From the NCBI GenBank assembly GCA_020431405.1, contig JAGQIK010000362.1:9858-73857 (forward strand): DNA of 64,000 nucleotides, in the 5' to 3' direction. The notes beneath the pieces are model-generated. The model did no database searches. It had not been told where the DNA came from and was given only the letters and a program-made list of their open reading frames with translations. Of this stretch, positions 14,101 through 22,623 are shown piece by piece. Numbering within the stretch: the first letter of the stretch is position 1; every line of letters begins with the position of its first letter. Origin of the DNA: Myxococcales bacterium (lineage in GTDB: Bacteria > Myxococcota_A > Polyangia > GCA-2747355). A program made the position numbers and the translations under genes.

Positions 14101-14419
14101 GTACGACCTGTCGGACCATCTCGTGTTTTTCGACACGAGCCTCGGCAAGCTCGCGAAGAAGTACAGCGAGGCCACGGGCACCTACAACGTGCGCCTGATG
14201 GGCACCTACCGCAATCGGCTTTTCCTCAACCTGCCTGGTGACGGCGTGTTGGTGGTCGACGCGTCTAACCCGTCGGTGCCCGTGGGCAAGCAGTTCGTGC
14301 GCACGCTCGGCTGGGCCTCGCACATCGAGTTTGCCGGCGACACGGCGTTCGTCGCCTCGGGCAACTTCGGCATTTACGAGCTGCAGCTCGATTCACCGCT
14401 GGTGATCGCGAATAACTAG
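11114..14419 (+). CDS. Large beta-propeller-domain lipoprotein (1.1 kDa-scale secreted repeat protein).
   Basis: Lipobox LVGLGCGG. DIYRIDNNRLFYLNTYRGFVVYDLNDPKNPRRVG-type LVIVD/beta-propeller repeats. GGGGGAAGG Shine-Dalgarno before the ATG at 11114. Confidence 0.55.
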   Translation: MRRHKARRYYLPVVAGLIFTLVGLGCGGNIGDNALSPGQTDFVNNEPGNGYGSPGAFNGAEDRGAGGAMAPSGQADSNAKGAEPPNGRTGDVEEADIYRIDNNRLFYLNTYRGFVVYDLNDPKNPRRVGRLPVFGYPVEMFVKGDTIYALLRDALYLTQDKGKLKFERHNVSQLVTIDVSDLSKPRVLKKVDIIGQLREGVSRKIEDTIYVVSYVPQSYYWGWGYNRNQDQKEQAHVYSFNVADAKNPALVDKLKLFEGGSIQLQDKTTGSYYTRSFNGVSISATSNALMVVENWYSYGRQSSGGNGCSSYQSNQDATVSIVNISDPSGKISVHTKFQTKGHLTDQFKQTYIYDDATKTGTYYGIFARREWGGSNCNWQSQIQNTIESWDVSDGKNPQRLSELAFGKPNETVRGSTFDPERKVAFAITAQQIDPLYVISFADRTKLKVLSEIDGLSGDMNVFRFIDNKKFLMGIGRDTTDTCSGFQKDGERRGTNVAVSIIDVRDLNNIKLVQRQCVAVQNASWVSSGVNNNLDQAHKMIGMFSDGRVNAVTVPVYYYVKNEDNPSWWYYRYETAIGVMTWDTSKYDPNKSHTEQTVLQNYGTIIHHNGQVRRSIVFTHKGQSDRRMVVNLSDTHISIADIEDLDHPQVLSTVELAPYYSQLYKFGQYLVEQVTSGAYGYEARTEFRVKRAGADLESRSVVARFSVGQVQRAIKHGDNLVLFRTVQENNNQPYYYRTSTEVLVYDLSDPAAPRRAGSVKLTGSILPYYYYWCGVGGFWGGYWFDDNSRNWVSTKTGITFLSYFYDYQKGTSSRRLYFLDLQNNQAPAVTNYALTTAQSWSFLGLAPDPVEPTAFYLTYRTHIGQNKIGNTTFSVFKYYAQRWGRRGGKWTGLESINLPGRLIRTWATKQGQRMFLAHDYTYRPYVNPNNPQYTSWQPDFRLSLLRETQLLGQPVAELLDWHNFADFYLKDLVIDGDKIFVNAHRSYSYAQKNNLQWYDLSDHLVFFDTSLGKLAKKYSEATGTYNVRLMGTYRNRLFLNLPGDGVLVVDASNPSVPVGKQFVRTLGWASHIEFAGDTAFVASGNFGIYELQLDSPLVIANN

Positions 14420-14500
14420 CACGCACGTCCTGCTAGCGAACAACTGACGCCCGCCACGTTTGCTCGGGGAAGACGTGGCGGGCGTCGTCTATGTGAAGCG

Positions 14501-15490
14501 ATGCTTCTGCGCTCATGTTTGGTGTTGGTCGTCTTGCTCGCGGCCTGTGATTCGCGGCCGCCGCTCTCCGCTGATGGCGGCGCGTCCGCCGACGCGAACG
14601 CTTCTTCTGACGGGACCACCGCGAGCCCGACCAAGCGCCCCGAGCTCGAGCGCATGATCGACGCCTGCGTCTACGCCGTCAGCTGCGCGAGCGTCGGCGA
14701 GTGGGGACAGCCGCTGACGATGCAGAGCTGTCTTGAAGAGATGGCCTCGGCGCGGATGCTGCCGCAGGGATACGGCGTGCCGGACGGCGAGGTGATCGAA
14801 CGCTGGTACCGCTGCGCCGAGACGGCCAAGCGCTGTGCCGACTTTCACGCCTGCTACGGCGGCACGTGGCCGGGCACGACGCTCTGTCGCGAGGGCGGCA
14901 GCTGTCAGGACAACAAGCTGACGCTCGGCTTCGGCCAGACGGATGCGCCGTATCTCGACTGCGGACGCTTCGGGGCGACCTGCGTCGACCTGCCCACCGG
15001 CGCGCAGCGCGGCTGCTGCGTCCGCAGCGCCGAGCAGTGCCCGGCCACTTGGGACGTCAAGTGCGACGGCACGCTCAGCGAGACGTGCTTTCTCGGCATC
15101 AACCTGCGCTACGACTGCGCGCGCGTGGGCGGCCGCTGCAATCCGCAGGCGAGCGGGCGCCACGATCTGTGCAGCCTGCCCGGCGAGACGTGCGACGACG
15201 GGACCTTCGCGCGGCGCTGCGACGGCAGCGTGATCGCCCAGTGCGTGGCGAACACGATCTTGCGCATCGACTGCAAGGACACGCTGACGCAGACGGCCTG
15301 CCAGGCGTCGACCTATCCGGCCTGCGCGTTTGCCGGCAGCGAGTGCAAGCGCGGCTCGGCCGACAGCTGCGACGACGACCACACGATCCGATTCTGTCTC
15401 GACGGGCGCCGCACGACGCGCAACTGCCGAGCGCTCGGCTTTTCGCGCTGCCTCGCCACCGACGACGGCCACGCGCAGTGCGTGCCGTAA
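14501..15490 (+). CDS. Cys-rich secreted lipoprotein (hypothetical).
   Basis: Lipobox VVLLAAC. More than 40 Cys in 329 aa. Confidence 0.45.
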   Translation: MLLRSCLVLVVLLAACDSRPPLSADGGASADANASSDGTTASPTKRPELERMIDACVYAVSCASVGEWGQPLTMQSCLEEMASARMLPQGYGVPDGEVIERWYRCAETAKRCADFHACYGGTWPGTTLCREGGSCQDNKLTLGFGQTDAPYLDCGRFGATCVDLPTGAQRGCCVRSAEQCPATWDVKCDGTLSETCFLGINLRYDCARVGGRCNPQASGRHDLCSLPGETCDDGTFARRCDGSVIAQCVANTILRIDCKDTLTQTACQASTYPACAFAGSECKRGSADSCDDDHTIRFCLDGRRTTRNCRALGFSRCLATDDGHAQCVP

Positions 15491-15506
15491 CGCGCAGCGC
15501 CGATCG

Positions 15507-17612
15507 CTAGTCGCCGTGGGCAACGAGCTGAGCTTTGGCGGCGGCCACCACGTTGTCTAGAGTGAAGCCGAACTTCTTGTGCAGCTCCTCGACGGGAGCG
15601 GACGCGCCGAACAGCTCGACACCCATCGTCGCGCCTGTCTTTCCGACGTACTTGGCCCAGCCAAAGGTCGATGACAGCTCCACGGAAACCCGCGCGTGTA
15701 GCTTTGGCGGCAGTACGTGGTCGATGTAGCCCTGATCTTGGTCTTCGAACAGCTCCCAGCAGGGCATGCTCACCACGCGGGCACGAATGCCATCCGCCTC
15801 GAGCTGCTCGTAGGCTGCGATGCACAGCGGCACCTCACTGCCCGTCGCTAGCAGGAGAACCTGCGGCTCGCCGCCGTCGGCATCCGCGAGGATGTACGCG
15901 CCGCGTTGCGCGCCTGTAGCTGGCGCGTACTTGCTGCGGTCGATGGTCGGAACGTTCTGTCGCGTGAGGATCAGCGCCACGGGGCGATGCCGCAGCTGCA
16001 TGATGACTTTCCACATCTCGACAACTTCGTTCGCGTCCCCTGGCCGAATGGTCAGCAGGTGCGGGAGGGCGCGCAATGAAGCAAGGTGCTCGACCGGCTG
16101 ATGGGTTGGTCCGTCCTCGCCGACGCTTATGGAGTCATGCGTCAGGACGTAAACAACTGGGAGCTCCATCATCGCGCTCAAGCGGATCGATGGGCGGGCG
16201 TAGTCGGAGAACACGAGGTACGTCGAGCCGTACGAACGTAGCTTGCAGAGTGACATGCCGTTGATGATCGAGCCCATGGCATGCTCGCGTACGCCGAAGT
16301 GGATGTTGTTTCCGCTGCCGTCGGACTGAAAGTCCGTGTATGCGTCGAGACGCGTCTGCGTCGACGACGCGAGGTCGGCGGAGCCACCCACGATCCAGGG
16401 GACGTTCCTCGAGAGCGCGTTGAGCACTTTGCCCGAAGCCTTGCGCAACGCGATGCCCTCCTGCGATGCCTCGAACGTGGGCAGATCTTTGTCCCAGTCG
16501 TCGGGCAGCTCGCGATGCTGCATCTTGTAGAGTCGGTCGTAGAGATCGGGAAAGGCGAGGCGGTAGCGCTCGACTCGCTCGTGCCACTGTTGGTAGAGGG
16601 CACGTCCGCGCTCACCCATGCCATCGGCAAAATGCTCGACGACACTGCTGGGAACGAAGAATTTGGCTTCTTCGGGCCAGCCGTAGTTCCGCTTGGTGAG
16701 CCGAGCTTCCTCTTCACCGAGCGGCGAGCCATGGGCCGCGGCGCTGTCTTGCTTGTTCGGTGAGCCCCAACCGATATGGCTGTCGACGATGATCAGCGTG
16801 GGACGCGTTGCTTCTGCCTTGAAGGCACGGAACGCTCTCGTCAGCTGTTCGATGTCGTTGGCGTCGTCGACCGACTGCACGTGCCAGCCTAGCGCGGCAA
16901 AACGCCCGACTACGTTTTCGCTAAACGACAGATCGGTGGGACCATCGATGGTGATCCTGTTGTTGTCGTAGATCCAGCACAGGTGGGAGAGGCCCAGATG
17001 GCCAGCGAGGGACGCCGCCTCTTGGGCAACGCCCTCCATCAGACAGCCGTCGCCGCACAGCGCGTAGACGTCAAAATCGATCAGCTCGAAGCTAGGGCGA
17101 TTGAAGTTCTTCGCCATCCAACGTTCTGCGATCGCCATGCCGACGCTGGTGGCCACGCCCTGACCCAACGGCCCCGTGGTGCACTCGACGCCCGACGTCC
17201 ACATGTGTTCTGGATGCCCAGCGCAACGAGAGCTGAGCTGGCGAAAGCTCCTGATGTCATCGAGCCGTACCGAGAGTCGACCTGGGGCCTCGTACTTTGG
17301 GTTCTTGGCCTTGACCTGCGCGAGGTGCAGCACCGCGTAGAGCAGCATCGATGCGTGGCCAATGGACAAGACAAACCGATCGCGATTGGTCCAAACCGGA
17401 TGATCAGGGTCGTAGCGTAGGAACCGCTGCCACAGCGTGTAGGCAACGGGTGCGAGCCCCATGACGGTGCCCGGATGTCCCGAGCTCGCGGCCTCGACAG
17501 CATCGATGCCCAGCGTGCGAATGGTCGTGACAGCCAGCTGCTCGATGGACAGGCGTTGCAGCAGCTCGTCTTCCAGTCGTCTCGCATCTGTCGGCTTCAA
17601 GACATCTTCCAT
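15507..17612 (-). CDS. tkt: Transketolase.
   Basis: 701 aa with a thiamine-diphosphate transketolase signature (…[18 protein letters not shown]…, …[18 protein letters not shown]…). Confidence 0.85.
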   Translation of the reverse strand: MEDVLKPTDARRLEDELLQRLSIEQLAVTTIRTLGIDAVEAASSGHPGTVMGLAPVAYTLWQRFLRYDPDHPVWTNRDRFVLSIGHASMLLYAVLHLAQVKAKNPKYEAPGRLSVRLDDIRSFRQLSSRCAGHPEHMWTSGVECTTGPLGQGVATSVGMAIAERWMAKNFNRPSFELIDFDVYALCGDGCLMEGVAQEAASLAGHLGLSHLCWIYDNNRITIDGPTDLSFSENVVGRFAALGWHVQSVDDANDIEQLTRAFRAFKAEATRPTLIIVDSHIGWGSPNKQDSAAAHGSPLGEEEARLTKRNYGWPEEAKFFVPSSVVEHFADGMGERGRALYQQWHERVERYRLAFPDLYDRLYKMQHRELPDDWDKDLPTFEASQEGIALRKASGKVLNALSRNVPWIVGGSADLASSTQTRLDAYTDFQSDGSGNNIHFGVREHAMGSIINGMSLCKLRSYGSTYLVFSDYARPSIRLSAMMELPVVYVLTHDSISVGEDGPTHQPVEHLASLRALPHLLTIRPGDANEVVEMWKVIMQLRHRPVALILTRQNVPTIDRSKYAPATGAQRGAYILADADGGEPQVLLLATGSEVPLCIAAYEQLEADGIRARVVSMPCWELFEDQDQGYIDHVLPPKLHARVSVELSSTFGWAKYVGKTGATMGVELFGASAPVEELHKKFGFTLDNVVAAAKAQLVAHGD

Positions 17613-17839
17613 CGTCGAGCTGCAGCCTGCGGGATTTTTCGCGTCGTCACAGTTGGTTAGGCAGCACGGAATGCGCCCCCGAAATCTTGCGACGAGGATT
17701 TGGTTGACTCGGACACAAAAAGTACCTCACAATTAAAAAACGCGCACAAATATGAGCGAGGTGTCGAAAGCCATCTCGCTCTTGAGTTCCGTCGCTAAGG
17801 CTTTGGCTATGCGATCGAACCCGATACAAGGATCGACAA

Positions 17840-17965
17840 ATGGCGAAGAAGACCAAGAAGACGAAGAAAAAAGTCAGTCTCAAAGTCAAAGAGCTAGAGA
17901 ACGTTCGTACGCCTTTGAAGGCGCGCCAACGTTCGCGCGTGGGTGCCTGGAGCACCAGCTGGTAG
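17840..17965 (+). CDS. Small Lys-rich peptide, copy 1 of 3 (41 aa): MAKKTKKTKKKVSLKVKELENVRTPLKARQRSRVGAWSTSW.
   Basis: Not in the ORF track (below 60 aa). Conserved N-terminus and C-terminus shared with copies 2 and 3. Followed by a hairpin plus T-run terminator. The track ORF 17752..17970 is the wrong frame. Confidence 0.45.
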   Translation: MAKKTKKTKKKVSLKVKELENVRTPLKARQRSRVGAWSTSW

Positions 17966-17993
17966 TCTGAAGAAGAGGATTGCGATGTGCGCG

Positions 17994-18031
17994 TGGCCGG
18001 CCCGCAGTTTTGCGGTGCCGGCCTTTTCTTT
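17994..18031 (+). terminator. Rho-independent terminator after peptide copy 1.
   Basis: GGCCGGCCCGCA-gttt-TGCGGTGCCGGCC followed by TTTTCTTT. Confidence 0.5.
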
Positions 18032-18212
18032 CCAGCTTGATCTTTCTCTGTGATGAAAAAAATCGTTGATCAGCTTACGGGAACCTGGCAACTTGATCGT
18101 ACGCGTACTGTTTCATCAAAAATGGTGGCGATGTACCGAAAGGTATGTCGCCGATAGCACTTCGATCGCTACGGCATCGCGCTATGTGGTCGGACTGCAG
18201 GAGAAGAAGAAC

Positions 18213-18362
18213 ATGTCGAAGAAGACGAAGAAAACGAAGAAGAAGGTCAGTCTCAAGGTCAAAGAGCTCGATAACCTCCGGGCCCCAGCTCCGATGCTGA
18301 AGGCGAGAGCCTCCAAGGCCATCAACCGTAGTCGCGTCGGCGCCTGGAGCACCAGCTGGTAG
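18213..18362 (+). CDS. Small Lys-rich peptide, copy 2 (49 aa): MSKKTKKTKKKVSLKVKELDNLRAPAPMLKARASKAINRSRVGAWSTSW.
   Basis: Internal ATG of the track ORF 18066..18362. Copies 2 and 3 share an upstream element of about 150 bp and the termini shared by all three copies. Terminator follows. Confidence 0.5.
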   Translation: MSKKTKKTKKKVSLKVKELDNLRAPAPMLKARASKAINRSRVGAWSTSW

Positions 18363-18389
18363 TAGGCTAGTGTGTTGCGATGTACGCGT

Positions 18390-18424
18390 GGCCGGCCTGC
18401 GTAGCGCAGGCCGGTCTTTTTTTG
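18390..18424 (+). terminator. Rho-independent terminator after peptide copy 2.
   Basis: GGCCGGCCTGCG-tag-CGCAGGCCGG (perfect 10-bp stem) followed by TTTTTTT. Confidence 0.6.
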
Positions 18425-18589
18425 CCAAGTGTCAAGAAAACTGTTGATCAACTTACGAGACGTTGGCACGATGATCATACGCGTACAATTGAGACTGTGG
18501 CGATGTGCCGAAAGGGACGACGCTTGACAGCATTTCGATCGCTACGGCAGCACCAACTGCTATGCGTACGAATTGCGGGAGTAACAGAA

Positions 18590-18733
18590 ATGTCGAAGAA
18601 GACGAAGAAGACGAAGAAGAAGGTCAGCCTCAAGGTCAAAGAGCTCGACAACCTTCGCTCACCGGCTGCGATCGCGAAAGCGAAAGCAGGCATGAGACGT
18701 AGTCGGGTCGGCGCCTGGAGCACCAGCTGGTAA
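18590..18733 (+). CDS. Small Lys-rich peptide, copy 3 (47 aa): MSKKTKKTKKKVSLKVKELDNLRSPAAIAKAKAGMRRSRVGAWSTSW.
   Basis: Internal ATG of the track ORF 18380..18733. Conserved termini. Terminator follows. Confidence 0.5.
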   Translation: MSKKTKKTKKKVSLKVKELDNLRSPAAIAKAKAGMRRSRVGAWSTSW

Positions 18734-18758
18734 GTTAGCGCCAGCTGAGTGTACGCGT

Positions 18759-18798
18759 GGCCGGTCTGCGAAAGCAGGCCGGCCATTTCTTTTTTCAC
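18759..18798 (+). terminator. Rho-independent terminator after peptide copy 3.
   Basis: GGCCGGTCTGCG-aaa-GCAGGCCGGCC followed by ATTTCTTTTTT. Confidence 0.5.
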
Positions 18799-18831
18799 GC
18801 CTCTTCTTTTCTCACGGAGCTTGCTTCGCGT

Positions 18832-19899
18832 TCATCGCTCGAGACGTTCTGAAACCAGCTTCCTGCACTCACCCGCGATGGCGATTGTCTCTTCGAGCTT
18901 GGCTTTCGACGGACTACTGTCGTTCGGCTCGTAGAGCGCTTGATGCAAGACGTCGAGCTGGGCTTGCATCTCGTCGAGCATCGGCGCGTTGAGCGCGAGG
19001 TGACACCGCTCTTTGACCTGCTGGATCTCCTCGCTGGTCAACGCGGCGGGGACACGCGGCAGCTTGCTGGGCTCCTGCGGCGAGACGGGCTCGTCGCGCG
19101 AATAGCCCAATAGCTCGAGCAATGGGCCTGCCATGGTCGAGATGCCGTGCTTGATGTCGTCAGGCAAGGCTGCTTGCCAACCGCCCGCGCGCCCTTTGCG
19201 AACGTGTCCCGGCGCGGTCTTCTTCATCGACGACACATGAAGCTCACTCGCCATCGCCGCTTTCACGTCGCCCGAGAGCGACACGCCGAGGTAGTCGAGC
19301 AACCGGTCGAGCTCGTTGTCGAAGTCGTGCCGCAGACGCTCGTAGCAGATGATGTGGATATCATGCTGGTCCCTGTGAGCGAGGTAGCCCAAGACGTGGT
19401 TGATCCAGTCCTTAGTCCGCGCCATCCAGCTGTCACGATACTGCTCTTCGATCGACCCCAAGGGGGCGAGGGTGCTGTAGCGCTGTATGTAGGGCATACG
19501 CTGGAAGTGCGCGAACGAGACAACCACATCGCGAACATCGCGCACGATATAGACCGTCTTGTCGAACCGCTCGAGTAGCCGTCCACTCCAAGGGTCCTGC
19601 CACGGCGAGTGGCTCCAGCCATGAGTTGTCTTGCTCGCGAAGTCATCGAGGTCTTCGATGGGCCAGTGGAATATCGCCGGTATCCAGAACCAAATACCGC
19701 GGCGCACGACGCTGATGCAGTCGAGATCTGCTTGGTTTGGAAAGGAGAGATCAGGCCAGGTCTTGAACAGCGGGTAGATCGGCAGCGTGTGGACGTAGCG
19801 CGTGTTGGGCCAACCCGCGCGCTCGACGATCGCGTTGAGCGTCTGATACAGCCAGTAGTTGCCACTCTTCTCGACGCCGATCTGGAGGATCTTGGGCAT
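18832..19899 (-). CDS. Sulfotransferase-family protein (PAPS-dependent). It is a paralogue of the upstream gene.
   Basis: 5'-PSB-like loop IGVEKSGNYWL and 3'-PB motif YIVRDVRDVVVSF. About 355 aa. ATG 4 nt after the upstream gene's stop. Confidence 0.6.
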   Translation of the reverse strand: MPKILQIGVEKSGNYWLYQTLNAIVERAGWPNTRYVHTLPIYPLFKTWPDLSFPNQADLDCISVVRRGIWFWIPAIFHWPIEDLDDFASKTTHGWSHSPWQDPWSGRLLERFDKTVYIVRDVRDVVVSFAHFQRMPYIQRYSTLAPLGSIEEQYRDSWMARTKDWINHVLGYLAHRDQHDIHIICYERLRHDFDNELDRLLDYLGVSLSGDVKAAMASELHVSSMKKTAPGHVRKGRAGGWQAALPDDIKHGISTMAGPLLELLGYSRDEPVSPQEPSKLPRVPAALTSEEIQQVKERCHLALNAPMLDEMQAQLDVLHQALYEPNDSSPSKAKLEETIAIAGECRKLVSERLER

Positions 19900-19903
19900 G
19901 CTA

Positions 19904-20983
19904 TTACTCGACGCCTTCTTCTAGGTCCGATTCAGCTCGAGTGAGCTCCGCAAACGCTTCGAGGCTCGCGACCAGCTTGTCCACCTCGCGCCCTAACACG
20001 CCGCCACCTCTGATCGCAGGAATGTTCGCGAACCACCGCGCCTGCTCGACGGTCTGTGATATGGCGTAGTCGATCGGGACCTCGAGCGCCTCTTCGGTGA
20101 TCTCGGCCAACGCCTCATTGTCTATCTGGTCTGGAACACGCGGCAGCGATGACGGATCGCTCCAGTCCCGCGGAGCGTCATCTAGCGGATAGCCCAGCAG
20201 CTCCAGCAACGGCTCTGCCATATCGGTAATGTCGGCCTTCATCGTGTCCGACAAGCTCTCGCTCCAACCACCGGACTTCCCTGAACGCACATGCGCCGGT
20301 GACGCTGCTTTCATCGTCCTAACAGATACGTCGTCTGCTATTTGGTCGATCTGTGCATCTGACAGAGAGATCTCGAGATAGTCTAGGAGCCTTCGGTATT
20401 CGCTTTGGAAGTCGTACCGAAGGCGCTCGTAGCAGACAAAGTGGATATTGAAACGCTCGCGCTGAGCCAGGTGCTGCGAGACATGTGTTATCCAGTACTG
20501 CGTCCGCAGCAGCCACGCCTTATCGAGGTAGCTGATCGGGTCCTCACTGAGATCGACCATGCTGTAGCGTTGGACAAAGGGCATGAACTGAAAGTGGCAG
20601 AACGACAGCAGTACGTCGCGAGGATCGCGGATGATATAGACGACCTTGTCGAAGCGTTCGAACACCGCCGCGCTTGTTGGTCCAAACCAGTTCGAGTGGG
20701 TCCAAGCGTGGGTCGTCTTGGCCGCAAAGTCATCGAGGTCTTCTATCGGCCAAAAGAAGATCAGCGGAATGTAGTAGAAGACCTTATCGGGCGTGATGTT
20801 AAGAAAGTCGATATCCGGCTGATCGGGAAACGACAGGTCAGGCCACGTCTGGTGTAGTGGATATATCGGGTGGCTACGAGCGTAGCGGCGCCAGGGCAGC
20901 CCGGCAGCCTTGGCGGTCTTGTCGAGGTTGTTGTAGAGCCAGTAGTTACCGCTCTTCTCGACGCCGATCTGCAGGATCTTCAA
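19904..20983 (-). CDS. Sulfotransferase-family protein (PAPS-dependent).
   Basis: IGVEKSGNYWL and YIIRDPRDVLLSFCHF motifs. TTG start. Translationally coupled to the downstream paralogue. Confidence 0.6.
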   Translation of the reverse strand: MKILQIGVEKSGNYWLYNNLDKTAKAAGLPWRRYARSHPIYPLHQTWPDLSFPDQPDIDFLNITPDKVFYYIPLIFFWPIEDLDDFAAKTTHAWTHSNWFGPTSAAVFERFDKVVYIIRDPRDVLLSFCHFQFMPFVQRYSMVDLSEDPISYLDKAWLLRTQYWITHVSQHLAQRERFNIHFVCYERLRYDFQSEYRRLLDYLEISLSDAQIDQIADDVSVRTMKAASPAHVRSGKSGGWSESLSDTMKADITDMAEPLLELLGYPLDDAPRDWSDPSSLPRVPDQIDNEALAEITEEALEVPIDYAISQTVEQARWFANIPAIRGGGVLGREVDKLVASLEAFAELTRAESDLEEGVE

Positions 20984-21069
20984 CAGAGGAACCCTTCTCT
21001 TAGGACGGTAGTCCCACAGGGTGCTACATGTCGCACGCTGGATGCATTACGTAAATCACGCTAGCCCAA

Positions 21070-22605
21070 TTGGTCTCTACACGCAACCTGGCTCGACGGC
21101 AGCTGGAGTTGTTGGAACATAGCGGAAATGCACGATACGAAGCTCCGCGCGAGGAAATAAGACGAATGGTCGATTTCAGGTCAAGCGATCCACGATGGCA
21201 CGAGTTGGCCAAGCACTTCTCTCGGTCGCAGGAGCAGCGCTACCACTTACTTGCTGGACTTCCGGTCGACGCGCAGGTGCGCGCCGTGTCTCTCGCGATG
21301 GTGCGTCGATTGGCCGAGGAGCTGCTCGAGTCTGAAAGCGAACCGCTGGCCCGCGGCACGCTGATCGCATTTCGTCAGTTCGACTATCTCGCTTCGGCAG
21401 AGCGCGACGTCTACGAGTGCCAGAGACGCATCGTTCTCGAGGACTCCGACAGCTCGCGCATCACGCCGCAGGGCATGCAGCCGCGTCTGTACCGCGAGAA
21501 GAGTGCGGCGCGCAGGCAACAGATCGCGCAATGGTGGGCCGATCAGAGCGAACAGGTCGCTGAAGCCGCCACGCGCCGGCGATCGGCGCTCTGGGAGATG
21601 GCGCAGGAGCTCGGTCTCGACCCACTCTCCGACTTTCTCACGACCGAGGCGCTCGACCTCGAGACGATCCGCCACACGATCGAGAGCATCGCCCTTCGTT
21701 GCGGCAGCCTGTTTCAGTCGACCTTCGATGCGCTTCGAGAGCGCGAGTATGGCCAAGAGCTCGCCGAGCCATGGGTCGATCTGTGGGCGTTGTTCTTGCC
21801 AACGGCGCCGCTCCCGACGTCGCTCTCTCCAAGCGAGACGTTTCGCCGACTGGCTGATGGAATGGGATTCGCGACGTCTTCGATCTCGATCGACGAGGAG
21901 GCGCGACCGGAGAAAGCACCCATTCCAACCGTCGTGCCTGTTGGCCCTGGCGACATCCGCGTCGCGTTTCAGCCGTTGGGGGCGCTCGCCGATCTGCGGG
22001 CGCTCTTGCACGAGTGTGGGCACGCGCTCCACTACAGCTGCATGGATCAGACGCTGCTGCCCCCCGATCGGCGTCCCTCAGCTGGCGCTGCTGAGGTTCA
22101 CTCTTACTTGCTCCAGACGCTGTTGCTCCAACGCGATTTTCTGGAGGGATTTCTCCAGTGCCCCACCTCGGCAGTCGACGACGCGCTCACCGTGGAGCGC
22201 TTTTTCAACGTCCGCATGCTGGTGCACTTCAGTGCTGCGGCGTTGACCACCATCGAGTTCTGGACGCGTGGACCACTGTCTCAACAGGTGTTGGAAGAGA
22301 CCTACGCCGAGCACTTGAGTCGCTTCACAAACATCGAGTTTCCAGCTCTGACGGCGCGCACACCTTACCCCGCCCATAGTCAGCACGCCTTCACAGCCAA
22401 CGTACACTCGCTAGGCTATCCGCTTGGATATGCGCGGGTCGGGTGGCTTCTCGAGCAGCTCGAGCTGGCTGACGCACCGTGGTGGGGCAATGCAGATGCT
22501 GTGCAGTCGATCGTCACGCCGCACATGCGCACGGGGCGGAACACGACCTTCCCGTTGGAAGCCCTCTCCGTCGACCGCTGGGCTGAACGTCTGAGCTCGG
22601 TGTAG
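21070..22605 (+). CDS. M3-like zinc metallo-oligopeptidase (PepF-like).
   Basis: LLHECGHALHY (HExGHxxH) with a Glu about 24 residues downstream (AAEVHS). 511 aa. Start is uncertain: TTG at 21070 or ATG at 21163. Confidence 0.5.
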   Translation: MVSTRNLARRQLELLEHSGNARYEAPREEIRRMVDFRSSDPRWHELAKHFSRSQEQRYHLLAGLPVDAQVRAVSLAMVRRLAEELLESESEPLARGTLIAFRQFDYLASAERDVYECQRRIVLEDSDSSRITPQGMQPRLYREKSAARRQQIAQWWADQSEQVAEAATRRRSALWEMAQELGLDPLSDFLTTEALDLETIRHTIESIALRCGSLFQSTFDALREREYGQELAEPWVDLWALFLPTAPLPTSLSPSETFRRLADGMGFATSSISIDEEARPEKAPIPTVVPVGPGDIRVAFQPLGALADLRALLHECGHALHYSCMDQTLLPPDRRPSAGAAEVHSYLLQTLLLQRDFLEGFLQCPTSAVDDALTVERFFNVRMLVHFSAAALTTIEFWTRGPLSQQVLEETYAEHLSRFTNIEFPALTARTPYPAHSQHAFTANVHSLGYPLGYARVGWLLEQLELADAPWWGNADAVQSIVTPHMRTGRNTTFPLEALSVDRWAERLSSV

Positions 22606-22623
22606 TCGCTACGAGCGGTCGGT

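Noticed and set aside
17752-17970. 72-aa track ORF over peptide cassette 1.
   Set aside because: It is in frame 1. The peptide conserved across all three cassettes (MAKKTKKTKKK…GAWSTSW) is in frame 2, at 17840..17965.
18080-18100. Possible sigma-54 (-24/-12) promoter: TGGCAA-N-…TCGT upstream of cassettes 2 and 3, and GGCAGCACGGAATGC upstream of cassette 1.
   Set aside because: The -12 element is TCGT or TCAT in the first two cases, not TTGC. The GG-to-GC spacing is off by one in the third. There is not enough match to call it.
18066-18733. Track ORFs 18066..18362 (98 aa) and 18380..18733 (117 aa), read as long proteins.
   Set aside because: Their N-terminal extensions run through the conserved upstream element, and the second one begins inside the preceding terminator hairpin. 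The conserved unit begins at the internal ATGs at 18213 and 18590.
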